A stretch of 64,000 nucleotides of DNA from a candidate division FCPU426 bacterium (GCA_963830915.1 CAWHOE010000027.1:100331-164330), one strand, 5' to 3'. Positions 38,460 to 49,242 are shown, counted from the stretch's first letter. A program made the numbers and translations. Notes: generated by a model from the letters alone, not told the origin.

Positions 38460-40619
38460 TTATTTTTTGAAGATTTCCAGATAAAAAGCCGGGGTGACCC
38501 AGGAAAAACTCAAGTTCTGACCGACCCAACGGTATGTTACAGGAACTTTTAGGGGCTTTCCATTTTGGTCCAAGGCCCTCACTTTTAGCTTGGGGTCCTT
38601 CTTGAAACGGTAGAGAACGAACTTGGCCTTCAATGGCTCCACCAACACCAGACCTGTCCCCATCGAGACTATTTTGGTTTTCGCCTGGTTGTAGGTCATC
38701 CCCGTATTTTCCGCCCTGGTCACGCCCGTCACCAGGATATGGTCGGAAAAGGAAAGGGCCTGGGGAGTGAGGGAGATCATGGAAAGGGACCCGAAGGAAT
38801 TGGGGGTTTCCACGCTCCAGGCCTTGTTATTGAATTTTCGATGGCTAAGGAATCCATTCAAGGCCTGGAACCTGGGCGCCTCGATCTTGACCACCCCCAC
38901 GTTCCCCTGCCAGGTGATCTGACCCGAGTCGGAAACCAAGGTCTTCAATTTGGGTTGGATCTTCGCCTTCAGTTCCCCGCTCACATCCGTTCGGTAACCA
39001 GTCTTGCCATTGGCCAGGCCCGAACGGTGGGCCAGGGTCTTCAGCATTTCAGTGGTTCCATCGTCGGTGTTTTTTTTGCCGCTGTCTTCCACGAACAGCC
39101 GGCCTTCTTTCAAGTCTCCCCTTATATAAGCCAGGGCGGCTATGGGCCATTGGATGGACCAGAGGGGATTGTCCGCCAGGTCCATACCTGGTCCGATGAC
39201 CGTCGCTCCTTCTAAAGCGCTGAATTCCTGACCGACGGAAGCCTGATAACCCTCGAAGGTTGAGTAAGCAGAGAGGATCAGGGGTATCTCGGCGGAATAT
39301 TCATTGGGCCAGCCAGCGTTCCAATGAACAACAACCGGGTTCCCCAAAGTCCTCTTCCGGGCCAATTGAAATGGAAGGCTTCGGCCCGGGTCGAGCACCA
39401 TGGGAGAATCATCGAACCCGATGATATTATTGCCCGCCGTCAGCGAGGCAGCCCAAGAATCTTCAGCGAAGTTGAATAAGCCCGCCGGGATCACCGCGGG
39501 ATCGTTCGGAATTGGTTTCTCCGTCTGGGTCACCGTGGCCGCGGGGGTGGGAGTATTCTCCCAACAGGTATAGATGCCCTTGGATTTAAGCGCTTCGACG
39601 AGCGAGGCCATATTTTTTAGACCATTGGTGTCGTTAGCTTCTGGAAAATTGACCACGACCAGATTGTTGCCTTGGGAAGCCAACTCGCTAATGGCCTTCT
39701 CCATTTGTTCTTTATCCCAACTTTCCCAATCACCCGCCAGCCTCGTTCCCCAGAACCTGGCTGGTGTTCCGTCCTCGAAGAAGATCTGGTCTCCCTGGAT
39801 CGTGACGGCGCCATGTTTTCCCGCGGGAGCGTCCAACCTGGCGCTCATATCCAGCGCCGTTCCTTGAATGGATGAGGAAGCCGAGGAAAGGGCGAACCAG
39901 CCCTGGGTGTCGGTCTGGACCGTCTTTTCCAGCTTAGGGGACACCAGGGATGGGGATACCTCCTGGTCGGAGGCCGTAATGGCGAAGAGGATGGGGACTG
40001 GCATTTTAGCCATGGATTTGAACAGTATGGACTGGATGCCCACCGCGGGCCGGGGATTCTTCCAGGGGAACAGGTTCACTCCCATTCCGGCGTTCTTGAG
40101 GGGGTGCCACCAGGCCAAAGGACTGGTTGGCGTATCGTCCGCCCCCCAGAAATTTTCCAGCTCCACACCCACCCTTAAAGGGATGACCGCCACCTGGCCG
40201 TCCTCGTAAACGACGTCGTACTCAGCCACGGTCACGTTGGAGGCGGTCCCGCCCCACCGGCAGGTATGGAGGAAGAAAAGCTCGGCCGCCTTGAGGCCTC
40301 CGGCGGGGATGGAAACTCCTTGAGGAAAATCGGGTTTGGCTCGGCCTTTGAGCGCGATGAAGGAATGGCCTTGATGTTGGGCGGGGTCCAGGACCTTGAA
40401 GGGGATGCCCCGGAATTCCCTTTGACCCACCGGGAAATCCTTCAGGCCGTTCTTTCCCTTCAGGTCGGTGACCCCAGGGACTGTCTCGTCGAAGGACTCT
40501 TCCAACCCCCGGTTAGCGGCCTGGGAAAGGTCCAGGAACTGGAACCCGGCGAAGGCGGGGCAAGCCGTCCCGAGAAGGATAGCGAGGGCCGGGAGCGGGA
40601 GCCTGGACATCTGGCGCAT
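38460..40619 (-). CDS. Secreted glycoside-hydrolase-like / carbohydrate-binding protein
   Basis: Signal peptide; GIPF...LFFLH...Y.V.YEDG module; LDAPAGKHG...DGTPARFWG. Confidence 0.6.
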   Translation of the reverse strand: MRQMSRLPLPALAILLGTACPAFAGFQFLDLSQAANRGLEESFDETVPGVTDLKGKNGLKDFPVGQREFRGIPFKVLDPAQHQGHSFIALKGRAKPDFPQGVSIPAGGLKAAELFFLHTCRWGGTASNVTVAEYDVVYEDGQVAVIPLRVGVELENFWGADDTPTSPLAWWHPLKNAGMGVNLFPWKNPRPAVGIQSILFKSMAKMPVPILFAITASDQEVSPSLVSPKLEKTVQTDTQGWFALSSASSSIQGTALDMSARLDAPAGKHGAVTIQGDQIFFEDGTPARFWGTRLAGDWESWDKEQMEKAISELASQGNNLVVVNFPEANDTNGLKNMASLVEALKSKGIYTCWENTPTPAATVTQTEKPIPNDPAVIPAGLFNFAEDSWAASLTAGNNIIGFDDSPMVLDPGRSLPFQLARKRTLGNPVVVHWNAGWPNEYSAEIPLILSAYSTFEGYQASVGQEFSALEGATVIGPGMDLADNPLWSIQWPIAALAYIRGDLKEGRLFVEDSGKKNTDDGTTEMLKTLAHRSGLANGKTGYRTDVSGELKAKIQPKLKTLVSDSGQITWQGNVGVVKIEAPRFQALNGFLSHRKFNNKAWSVETPNSFGSLSMISLTPQALSFSDHILVTGVTRAENTGMTYNQAKTKIVSMGTGLVLVEPLKAKFVLYRFKKDPKLKVRALDQNGKPLKVPVTYRWVGQNLSFSWVTPAFYLEIFKK

Positions 40620-40625
40620 GAAAGC

Positions 40626-41345
40626 TCAATACAGCTTTTTATAGCGGTAATAATCCGTGATGATCTTGACGGCCTCTTCCGGCTTGTCTACCACATGGAA
40701 GATGTTCATGTCGGTCTTTTCGATGTATTTCCGGTCGGCCAAAAGGGTCCCCTTGATCCAGTCCATGAGACCGGACCAGTATTTCCGGTCCATCAGGATG
40801 ATGGGGAATGGGTCGATCTTATGGGTCTGGACCAGCGTCAGGGTCTCGAACAGCTCGTCCATGGTCCCGAACCCGCCCGGTAATACCACCACCGCCGAGG
40901 CGTAACGGAGGAACATGACCTTGCGGATGAAGAAGTAATGGAAATTGATGGGCAGGTTCACGTAAGGGTTGGATTTCTGCTCGAAGGGCAGTTCGATGTT
41001 GCAGCCCACCGACCGTCCGCCCGCGTCGTGGGCGCCGTGATTGGCGGCTTCCATGACCCCCGGTCCCCCGCCGGTAACGATGGTGAATCCCTTTTTGGAA
41101 AGCCGTTTGGCCGTTTCCCGGGCAAGGCGGTAATCCTTGGAGTTGAGCAGGGACCGGGCCGAGCCGAACAGGGTCACGGCGGGCCGGATGCCCCGAAGCG
41201 CCTCGAAACCTTCCACGAACTCGGAGATGATGCGGAACATCCGCCAGGTATCCTGGTCCTTGAAATCGTTGGCGATGAATGGATTGATATGCCCGTTCTT
41301 CGGCTTGGCCTTGCGGACGATTCGCTTCTTGGGTCCTTGCGGCAT
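40626..41345 (-). CDS. LOG-family nucleotide ribohydrolase (TIGR00730-like)
   Basis: VTLFGSAR, TGGGPGVMEAAN, NIELPFEQ, PGGFGTMDE. Confidence 0.93.
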   Translation of the reverse strand: MPQGPKKRIVRKAKPKNGHINPFIANDFKDQDTWRMFRIISEFVEGFEALRGIRPAVTLFGSARSLLNSKDYRLARETAKRLSKKGFTIVTGGGPGVMEAANHGAHDAGGRSVGCNIELPFEQKSNPYVNLPINFHYFFIRKVMFLRYASAVVVLPGGFGTMDELFETLTLVQTHKIDPFPIILMDRKYWSGLMDWIKGTLLADRKYIEKTDMNIFHVVDKPEEAVKIITDYYRYKKLY

Positions 41346-41365
41346 GTTTCCTCTTTTCTTTCCCT

Positions 41366-41803
41366 TCAGGAGATGACCGCCTGGGCCTGGGCCAAGACCG
41401 CGTCCTGGATGCGTTTGCGGTGGTCCGTGATGAGCTCGGGCAGGTTCTTCACGTCGAAATAACGGATCTCGCTCGTCTCTTCGCTGGGGGTTATTGTACC
41501 ACCGGTGATTTTGCACAAAAAGGAAACCCGCACCGTGTGCCATTCCAAACCCTGGCGGATGTGCAGGGAATTTTCCGTGTCCGAATAGACGCCCACCAGT
41601 TTGACCACCTGGGCCTGGAGCCCCGTTTCCTCTAACAATTCCCGGACGCAAGCCTGGGCCAGGGTCTCCCCCAGTTCCATGTGGCCTCCGGGGACGCACC
41701 ATAACCCGTTGTCCGTCCTCTTGGCCAGGAGCACCTCGCCCTTCTCGTTGAAGACCAGGGCGTTCACGGCCAGCTTGGGGCTGTTCTGGGGTTTATGGGT
41801 CAC
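41366..41803 (-). CDS. NUDIX hydrolase
   Basis: PGGHMELGETLAQACVRELLEETGL. Confidence 0.93.
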   Translation of the reverse strand: MTHKPQNSPKLAVNALVFNEKGEVLLAKRTDNGLWCVPGGHMELGETLAQACVRELLEETGLQAQVVKLVGVYSDTENSLHIRQGLEWHTVRVSFLCKITGGTITPSEETSEIRYFDVKNLPELITDHRKRIQDAVLAQAQAVIS

Positions 41804-41948
41804 GGGATACTCGCTTGTACTCGACGATCGTTTCCGGTCTTATTCACGACCTGGAAAATTCCATCCTTACCCTACGGCAAAAAAAATCCCACGCTCCCCG
41901 AAGGGAACGTGGGATGAAGACCAACCGGCGACCAGGAGAAACGAAAGG

Positions 41949-42344
41949 TTAGCGTTTCGAGAACTGGAAGCGTTTGCGGGCTTTCTTCCGCCCGTATTTC
42001 TTGCGTTCGACCATGCGCGGATCGCGCGTGAGGAAGCCGGCCGCTTTCAGCGGTTTGCGCATCTCGCTGTCCACCTTGAGCAAGGCGCGGGCGATGCCGT
42101 GGCGCAGGGCTTCGGCCTGTCCCGTCACGCCGCCGCCCGAAAGGATGGCGGACACGTCGAATTTGTTCAGGGCCGAGACGGTCTCCAAAGGACTGCGGAC
42201 CGTCGAGAGTTTCATCTCGGGGAAGAATTTCTCCACCGGCAGGCCGTTCACCGTGAACAGGCCCTTTCCGGGTTTCAAGATCACACGGGCGACGGAGGTC
42301 TTCCGGCGGCCGGTCGCTGCGAATTGTTCTTTCGTCGCTGGCAC
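41949..42344 (-). CDS. rpsI: 30S ribosomal protein S9
   Basis: [11 protein letters not shown]...[19 protein letters not shown]. Confidence 0.99.
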   Translation of the reverse strand: MPATKEQFAATGRRKTSVARVILKPGKGLFTVNGLPVEKFFPEMKLSTVRSPLETVSALNKFDVSAILSGGGVTGQAEALRHGIARALLKVDSEMRKPLKAAGFLTRDPRMVERKKYGRKKARKRFQFSKR

Positions 42345-42802
42345 TAGGCGTCTCCTCGATTGGCTTTATAAGGCAGGTTGAGCGGCTTGGGCATCTGGGC
42401 TGAATGGGGGTGGGTATCGCCTTTGTAGATATTCACCCTTCCGAACATCTTGTCGCCCTGCGAGGTCTTGGGCAGCATCCCGCGGATGGCGTACTCCAGG
42501 ATCCTTTCGGGTTTCGTGTCGCGGAGGATGATGTATTCCTCTTTGGACAATCCGCCCGGGCGTCCCGAGGTGCGGTAATGGGCTTTGGTATCCCATTTCT
42601 TCCCGGTCAGGACGATCTTCTCGGCGTTGATAATGACCACGTGGTCCCCGTTCTCGACATGGGGAGTGAAGTTGGTCTTGTGTTTCCCGCGAAGGATGGC
42701 GGCCACTTGGGAAGTCAAACGTCCCAGGACCATATCCTTGGCGTCCACGATCCACCATTTACGGTTGATGTCTTTTGTTGTCGGCAAGTAAGTCTTTTGC
42801 AT
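42344..42802 (-). CDS. rplM: 50S ribosomal protein L13
   Basis: WWIVDA...LGRL...[22 protein letters not shown]. Confidence 0.99.
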   Translation of the reverse strand: MQKTYLPTTKDINRKWWIVDAKDMVLGRLTSQVAAILRGKHKTNFTPHVENGDHVVIINAEKIVLTGKKWDTKAHYRTSGRPGGLSKEEYIILRDTKPERILEYAIRGMLPKTSQGDKMFGRVNIYKGDTHPHSAQMPKPLNLPYKANRGDA

Positions 42803-42929
42803 TTGCGTTTACCAGGCACCCTTCTGTACTTATTTTTAACAAGGGGTTGAATTATAAGGGTTTTGATCCTTGTGTCAAGGCTGAAACGGGCTGGAATGAC
42901 TTAAAAAACCATGGATTCCAAGGCCTGGA

Positions 42930-44186
42930 TCAAACGGTAAGCCTTAGCTTGAGCTCCCCATGGATCATGGCAAAAGTGACCGTTCCTTTATATCCGACCG
43001 CCTGCTCATAGGAAGAGCGGGGAGCGCGGGTCTTTTTGGGCATGGGGATCCCAACCATATCGGCCAGGAAGCCAGGGCGGATCTGCCCCAACTGCTTCCC
43101 CAACCCCAGGGCCTGGGCCGGCTTGACGGTCGCCATGGAGAGCACCTCATGGGAAGAAACTTCCGGATGTTTCTTTTGGAACAAGCGCATCTCCCGGAAC
43201 AGGGAGAGGGATTGGTTGCTGGCCAAGCTGTCCGTTCCCAGGCACACGGGGATGCGGTGCTTTTTCATCCTTCCATAGGGGAAAGCCGGGTGGCCGAAAA
43301 ACTCATGGCTGCCGGGACAATGGACCACCGTGATGCGGTTCTTGGCCAAGAGGGACAGGTCTTTCCCGTCCACCAGGTTCAGGTGCACCCCCAAGTTCAG
43401 CTTGGGCAGCCATCCGCAGCCGTTCAGGTATTGGACCGGGGTGGTCGCGCGGGGCAAGGTCCAGGCCGGATTGAGGGCGCTGATCCTGTCCGCCATGGGC
43501 CCTCTTCCTGTCTTGAAGTAGCCCGCTTCCTCCCGGCTCTCCGCCATGTGGACCATGGTCAGCACATCCCGATGGGAATCCAAATAATGGCCCGACAACT
43601 GGAACAATTCCTTGGAAACGGTGAATGGGGTATGGGGGCTCAGGCCCCAACGGAAGACCGGGGACTCATCGGGGAGGGCCGACCGAAGGCGGTCCTGAAA
43701 ATGCTTCCAATATTGCTTGGGGGAGGATTGGTCCAGGTCGATCATTTCCAGGAACACAAAGGAACGCAGCCCCGAGCGTTCCAGCAGGGCCGGACTTTCC
43801 CAGGTCGTGGCCACGTCGCATAAGGTGGTCGTGCCGAAGCCCAGGCTTTCCTGGATTCCCTTCTCGATGGACCGCCGAAACTCGGCGGGAGGGGTATTAC
43901 GGGAACGGACCGCCATCTGGGTCAGCCATTCCCGGAAACCGCCCCGGAAGGGGACTTTCCCTTTGAAGGTGGTGTAATCCAGGTGGCAATGGGCGTTGAT
44001 CAAGCCGGGCATCAGGATGGTATCCCCCAGGTCCAGCATCCGGGAAGAAGGCAGGAAAAAAAGGTCCTTACGTTTGCCCACCTGCAGGATCCGATGTCCC
44101 TGGATGATGACAAAACCGTCCTCAATGGGCTTGGGACGGTCCATGGTTAGGATGGTCTTGGCGAATAGGATCAGGCGCTGGTTCAT
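42930..44186 (-). CDS. Metal-dependent amidohydrolase (candidate aminofutalosine deaminase)
   Basis: PGLINAHCHLD, SPHTPFTV, HMAES.EE, HCPGS, LGTDSLASN. Confidence 0.8.
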   Translation of the reverse strand: MNQRLILFAKTILTMDRPKPIEDGFVIIQGHRILQVGKRKDLFFLPSSRMLDLGDTILMPGLINAHCHLDYTTFKGKVPFRGGFREWLTQMAVRSRNTPPAEFRRSIEKGIQESLGFGTTTLCDVATTWESPALLERSGLRSFVFLEMIDLDQSSPKQYWKHFQDRLRSALPDESPVFRWGLSPHTPFTVSKELFQLSGHYLDSHRDVLTMVHMAESREEAGYFKTGRGPMADRISALNPAWTLPRATTPVQYLNGCGWLPKLNLGVHLNLVDGKDLSLLAKNRITVVHCPGSHEFFGHPAFPYGRMKKHRIPVCLGTDSLASNQSLSLFREMRLFQKKHPEVSSHEVLSMATVKPAQALGLGKQLGQIRPGFLADMVGIPMPKKTRAPRSSYEQAVGYKGTVTFAMIHGELKLRLTV

Positions 44187-44301
44187 GGCCCTAGATTAAC
44201 AGGCACCTTAGCAAGACAAAAGGGCCATTCGGACCTTTTCCAACCTCAATCCGTTGGTTCTGATTGATTCTCCGGGGATGGTCGAATAAAGTACCTTCGC
44301 C

Positions 44302-45588
44302 ATGCTTGATAATGAACTTTCAAAAAAGATATTCCATTACACCAGCCGGTTGACCGAATGGTTTCCCCGCGGGGGAGCCTGGTTCTTCGACCATACCCTC
44401 GTCCCTCTTCTGGGCCACTCCCTTTTGGTCAAGGAAGTCTTCCGGCGGAACCTTAGGACCGTCAAGGACGCGAAGAACTTCAAGCGGATCCTGGTCATCT
44501 CCGACATCCATATCGGGGACGCCATCCTGGCCTATGGGGCCGTGGTGGCCTTCCGGGACTTCTTCCCTGAGGCCCGTATCGATTACGTCATCAAGCGGGA
44601 GGTGGCCTGTTTCTTCGAGGGCAACCCGGACATCACCAACCTCTACCCGGTTTTCACCGGCGGCCAATATCCCAACGAAAACGACCTGGTCAGCGTCCAG
44701 AAATTGGTCGCAGAGAACCAATATGACCTTTGCCTGAACTGTTGCCCTTTCTTCGAGGATGGCCGCCTCTTCCCCAAGGGACAAAAGGTCCTGAACATGA
44801 TGACCGCCGCCGCCCAGATCCTCCGCAACCTGATGGACAAGACCGGCACCTGCCATTTCATGTACCAGTCTTACGGCCTTCCGGCCGGCGTCTTATCAAA
44901 AGTGATGGAGCAAAAAAGACCCGGCCCCTTCAAGGGCGTTGCCATTACCCTCTCGGACAAAGCCATCTCGGAAGCCGATTCCTTCATCCAAGGAACGAAA
45001 GTCCCCCAGGACAAACCCCTGGTCTTCTTGAATCCCGATACCGCCTCGGTCTACAACCGTATCCCTTTCGAGAAACAACTGGAGCTTTTGAGGTCCCTAC
45101 TCGCCATGCCCATCCATTTACTGCTGGGCTCGGGTTTCACCGCCAAGGACATCGAGAAGAAACTGCTGGAGAAATTGACGGACGCCGAAAAGGCCAAGAT
45201 AACGGTGGTCCCCACTTCGGTTTCCCTGGACGGCTACGCCGCCTTGATCGACCACGCCGACGTGTTCATCTCCGGGGACACGGGCCCCTTGCATATGGCC
45301 GCCGCGAGAAAAGTCTCGAAGTCCGGAAAGCATCCCTTCAGCAACAAGACCTTCGTGGTCTCCATTTTCGGGGCGACCAATTCTCGGATGTCGGGTTACG
45401 ATTCCACCGATCCTCTCTATCCCGCCGCCAACCAGGACGTCCCTTCCCGCTGTTACGTCTCAGAGAGTCCTTGCCGCAACATCACCTGCATGAACAAGAT
45501 GGCCAAGACCTGCAAGGACATCCGTTGTTACGAGGTCCTCAACGTGGAAGTCATCGCTTCCGACATCCGGAAACATCTCAAGTTATAG
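44302..45588 (+). CDS. Glycosyltransferase family 9
   Basis: HIGDAIL...FPEARID; FISGDTGPLHMAAA; SIFGAT. Confidence 0.88.
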   Translation: MLDNELSKKIFHYTSRLTEWFPRGGAWFFDHTLVPLLGHSLLVKEVFRRNLRTVKDAKNFKRILVISDIHIGDAILAYGAVVAFRDFFPEARIDYVIKREVACFFEGNPDITNLYPVFTGGQYPNENDLVSVQKLVAENQYDLCLNCCPFFEDGRLFPKGQKVLNMMTAAAQILRNLMDKTGTCHFMYQSYGLPAGVLSKVMEQKRPGPFKGVAITLSDKAISEADSFIQGTKVPQDKPLVFLNPDTASVYNRIPFEKQLELLRSLLAMPIHLLLGSGFTAKDIEKKLLEKLTDAEKAKITVVPTSVSLDGYAALIDHADVFISGDTGPLHMAAARKVSKSGKHPFSNKTFVVSIFGATNSRMSGYDSTDPLYPAANQDVPSRCYVSESPCRNITCMNKMAKTCKDIRCYEVLNVEVIASDIRKHLKL

Positions 45589-45611
45589 AGTTCTTTTCGG
45601 TCCCTAAAAAC

Positions 45612-45648
45612 AAAAACCCCCGCTCCATCCTGGAGCGGGGGTTTTTTT
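45612..45648. terminator. Bidirectional intrinsic terminator
   Basis: AAAAACCCCCGCTCCA-TCC-TGGAGCGGGGGTTTTT between convergent genes. Confidence 0.85.
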
Positions 45649-45688
45649 ATATCCTTTTCAAAAAACTTCGATCAGCCTATCCGTCGTC

Positions 45689-46273
45689 TCAATGGCTCAA
45701 GGCTTGAACGAAAGCGGATAGCTGGGTATTGCCCGGGCTCAAGGCCAGGGCTTTTTGATAGGCGCTCAAGGCCTGGGCCTTCTGACCCATGTAATAATAG
45801 CAGGTCCCCATCCCCTGATAAGCGGCGGAGGAATTGGGGTTCGCGTTGGCGGCGGCCTGATAATTCTGCAGGGCCCCGTTGTAATCCTTGTTGGCCAGGG
45901 CCTGGTTGGCCAAGGCCAGGGAATTTCCGGATGGCGCGGCGGGCGAGCCCGCGGAAACCCCCGCTGGCGCGAAAACCTTCACCGTTTGGCCCGAAACCGA
46001 CACGATGCCGGTGATGAAGTTAAGGATGCAATCCAGGAAGGACATCTGGGTCTGGACCGTATAATTGGTCGTCAAACCCTTGCTCTTGGCCAATTGACCT
46101 CCATCCACGTTCGTTATGGGGACCAATCCCCACAAGATGTACCATTGGCGGTCGCTGGCGACCTCATTGCCATCCGCCCCGCCCATCCCAACCGTGTGGT
46201 TCATGGTGTAGCAACCCGACATCGGCAGGCCCAGCATGATGACGCAGATCAGAAGGCTCAAAACGTTTTTCAT
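45689..46273 (-). CDS. Bor/Iss-like lipoprotein fused to TPR repeats
   Basis: Lipobox MSGC; CYT..HTVG.G...RQWYILWGLVP; C-terminal TPRs. Confidence 0.7.
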   Translation of the reverse strand: MKNVLSLLICVIMLGLPMSGCYTMNHTVGMGGADGNEVASDRQWYILWGLVPITNVDGGQLAKSKGLTTNYTVQTQMSFLDCILNFITGIVSVSGQTVKVFAPAGVSAGSPAAPSGNSLALANQALANKDYNGALQNYQAAANANPNSSAAYQGMGTCYYYMGQKAQALSAYQKALALSPGNTQLSAFVQALSH

Positions 46274-46431
46274 TGGATCTCCCTCTTGGCTTCCGAGATA
46301 TAACCTGGGTTCATTGTAACAAGGCGGGAATGGGGCGAGAGGATAATTCGGGTTATCGGTAAATCACTTACCAAATCCCATTATCCCAAGGCGCAGTGGA
46401 TGGCCGAAGAAAAGACCGTAGAATTCCAGCT

Positions 46432-47331
46432 TTATTTCGTGACGTACTCTTCCATCTCCTCGAACTTATCGAAGGGTTTTCGATCGGTCGAGAGACGGCC
46501 CTTTTTCTTGAGTACATTCAATTCCTCATTGGTCGGTTCCATCAGATAGACCGAGGGCGTGAAATAGTCGAAATGGACTCCTTTTTTGGCCATGGCTTTG
46601 ATATTAGAGTCCATCTTTTTGAGGGAAATGGGCTTGGCGGAAGCGATGCGGTAGGTCCACCCCATTCCGAAACAGGGCATGTCCACCCGCGCGGTAAGGA
46701 TATTCGGGAAGACCGAGTGGAAGGTCTTATAGATGGTCGCGAAGGAATCAGGAAAGAGGAAATAATTATCCGTGTGGATCGAGACGATCCCCTTCGGATT
46801 GATCCTTTTCTTGCACAACCGGTAGAACTCCTGGGTGTAGAGCATCTTGGAGGGGCCATGGGGCTCGGTCAGGTCGATGATGAGCACGTCGAAAGTTTCG
46901 CGGTTCTCTTCCAGCCATTGCCTGGCGTCCTGGTAGATGATCTCCACCCTTTTATCCCTCAGGCACTTCTCGATCTCCGGGTATTTCTTGCGGCAGAAAT
47001 CCACCACGCCTTTGTCGATCTCGATCATGAGGATGCGTTCCAGGCTCTTGAACTTGACCGCTTCCTCGATGGCGAAACAATCGCCCCCGCCGATGACGCA
47101 GACGCTCTTGGGTTTGTCCAACGCCAGAAGGGGCGCGGACACCAGGTACTGGTGGTAGCGGTTCTCGTCCCCGCGGCTGATCTGGATCTTGCCGTCCAGG
47201 AACAGGAGGGTTCCGTAGGTCTCGTTCTCGAAGATCTCCATCGTTTGGAATGGCGTCTTCCCTTTATAGAGAGAACGGCCCTTGTAAACGTGGCCGAAAG
47301 TATTGGTGGTCCATTCGGTCTTGATGTCCAT
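46432..47331 (-). CDS. speE: Polyamine aminopropyltransferase (spermidine synthase)
   Basis: KTPFQ, LFLDGKIQ...DE..YH, VIGGGD, EID, FDVLIIDLTEP.GP...LYT.EFY. Confidence 0.88.
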   Translation of the reverse strand: MDIKTEWTTNTFGHVYKGRSLYKGKTPFQTMEIFENETYGTLLFLDGKIQISRGDENRYHQYLVSAPLLALDKPKSVCVIGGGDCFAIEEAVKFKSLERILMIEIDKGVVDFCRKKYPEIEKCLRDKRVEIIYQDARQWLEENRETFDVLIIDLTEPHGPSKMLYTQEFYRLCKKRINPKGIVSIHTDNYFLFPDSFATIYKTFHSVFPNILTARVDMPCFGMGWTYRIASAKPISLKKMDSNIKAMAKKGVHFDYFTPSVYLMEPTNEELNVLKKKGRLSTDRKPFDKFEEMEEYVTK

Positions 47332-47507
47332 GCACCTGCTCCTTGGAAAAGATGGGTGGGATTATAGCCGAAAAGGCGGAATTAACCACCAGACCTATTT
47401 GGAGCTTTGTTATATGGTTTTTCGAAGGGAGTTGGTTTAATCAAAGGAAAAGGCAGGTCCGGGTTCGGGACTAAAAACAATTCAAGGTTCCCTTTTTAGA
47501 CCTTTGG

Positions 47508-48743
47508 TCAGAAGGGGTAAATGTCCATCGCCAGCTTCAGGTCGAAACCCGTGTAGTCGATGGAGGCGTAGGCGCTGTTGCCGTTCTGCCCGATGGTCTG
47601 GGTGTTCTGGACCCCCAGGGTCCCGTTCTTCAGGATGGCCAGGGCGGCCGTGCCGCTGGACCCGGCCGGAAGGCCCGTGGCTTCCCCCTGGATGTGGGAG
47701 ATGTTGGCGAAACGCATCCGGCCCGAGAGCTCGATGCCGACCGCCTTCGAGAAGTACCACTCGTTACCAACCCCAACCGTGCCTCCCAGGTTCCCCCCAT
47801 TGAAGTTCCCCGAGATGGGCTGGCCCGGCCCGGATTCGAAATAACTCACCATGCTCATGTAATAGCCCATGCCTCCCATGACGAAGAGACGGTTATTGCC
47901 CGAGGTGAGGTAACGGTAATAGTTCACGCTCAGCGAATAGGTCGCGGGGTTGATGGCCTGGAGGATCTCGTTAGCGGGGGACACCAAACTGGCCGAGTAC
48001 CCTTCCCCTCCCAGGTAATCGACGCCCAGGGAAAGGGAGTCATCCTTGTCCAAGGTGTAGCCTGATTCCAAACCCAATTCGACCCCCGTATTGCGGGCGA
48101 TGGCGTAACCGTTCGTGCCGTTCTGGTTCATGGTCTTGTTCCAGGCCACCGCTCCAGAACTCAGGTCCCCCATGCCGGCGAACCCGTAGCTGGAATTGAG
48201 CTTCATCCAGAGGGGCGCCCGGACATTGTGGTTCACGTTGGTATCATCGGGCCTGTCCTCTGTTTCCAGTTCCGCTCCCGGGGACTGGACTCCCAAGCCC
48301 GAGACCCGAGCCATGGCGAATTCGGTCACGATTGTCGGAGGTTCAGGAAGGGTCTGACGGGGCGTTTCCTCATCCAGGGGCTGGAGCGGATACTCAAAGA
48401 CGCCCGAATCCAGGTCCCGGAGATTCTTGACCAGGGTAGGATTGTTCGGATGGATCCGTAAACTTTCCTTGAAAGCGTCGATGGCGTTGTCCTTCTGGCG
48501 AAGCTGGAAGTAGCAATTACCGATCATGTGGTAGGACTGCCAAAAGTCCATGTCCTCATCGGTGGCGATATAGAAATATTTGAGGGCTTCCTGGTAATGA
48601 CCCTGTTGATAAAGCAGGTAGCCCTTCTTGTAATCCTCCAGCCCGGTTTTAGCGAAAGAATAGGAGTAGAAAAAAAAGAAGGAACCGCACAGGAGGGTGA
48701 TTTTTATCAGAATGTTTTTGTGGACCATGACCATTCCATCCAA
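47508..48743 (-). CDS. TPR protein with a C-terminal outer-membrane beta-barrel
   Basis: Signal peptide, TPRs, amphipathic strands, terminal YPF. Confidence 0.7.
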   Translation of the reverse strand: MDGMVMVHKNILIKITLLCGSFFFFYSYSFAKTGLEDYKKGYLLYQQGHYQEALKYFYIATDEDMDFWQSYHMIGNCYFQLRQKDNAIDAFKESLRIHPNNPTLVKNLRDLDSGVFEYPLQPLDEETPRQTLPEPPTIVTEFAMARVSGLGVQSPGAELETEDRPDDTNVNHNVRAPLWMKLNSSYGFAGMGDLSSGAVAWNKTMNQNGTNGYAIARNTGVELGLESGYTLDKDDSLSLGVDYLGGEGYSASLVSPANEILQAINPATYSLSVNYYRYLTSGNNRLFVMGGMGYYMSMVSYFESGPGQPISGNFNGGNLGGTVGVGNEWYFSKAVGIELSGRMRFANISHIQGEATGLPAGSSGTAALAILKNGTLGVQNTQTIGQNGNSAYASIDYTGFDLKLAMDIYPF

Positions 48744-48843
48744 ACGCCGCGTTCAGGAATTCAGTCTGAAAACGTTTTCAGCGCATTTCTGTTAGTTTAC
48801 CGCTTTGTGGCCTTTTATAAGGTGATTTTTATCACCTTTAGTT

Positions 48844-49242
48844 TTAGTTGTTTTTCTTGGTTTTTTTGCCGAATTCAGCGGTGATGGTGGAATGCATACC
48901 GCCTCTAGTAGCGAATTCGCCCGTGACTCGGCACCACTTGGGCTTGGCGGCGGCCGTGAAATCCTTCAGCATGCGGTTGACCGCGTTCTCATAGAAGATG
49001 CCGATATTGCGGTAGGCCAGGATATAGCCCTTCAGGGATTTTAATTCTAAAACCGCCTTCACCGGCTCGTATTCCAGGATGATGGTCCCGAAATCGGGAA
49101 GACCCGTCTTGGGACAGACCGCCGTGTATTCCGGTATCTCGATGCGGATGGTATAGGCCTGGAACTGGTTTGGGAATGTCTCGATCTTGGGCAGCTTGAC
49201 GGTCAAACCGGACTTGGCATGCGTCTCGTTATATTCCTGCAT
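48844..49242 (-). CDS. queF: PreQ1 synthase (7-cyano-7-deazaguanine reductase)
   Basis: PEYTAVCPKTGLPDFG...ELKSLK.Y...RGG. Confidence 0.93.
   Translation of the reverse strand: MQEYNETHAKSGLTVKLPKIETFPNQFQAYTIRIEIPEYTAVCPKTGLPDFGTIILEYEPVKAVLELKSLKGYILAYRNIGIFYENAVNRMLKDFTAAAKPKWCRVTGEFATRGGMHSTITAEFGKKTKKNN

Noticed and set aside
41346..41702. N-terminal extension of the LOG ORF in the ORF track
   Set aside because: Overlaps the NUDIX gene in another frame; an RBS precedes the ATG at 41345
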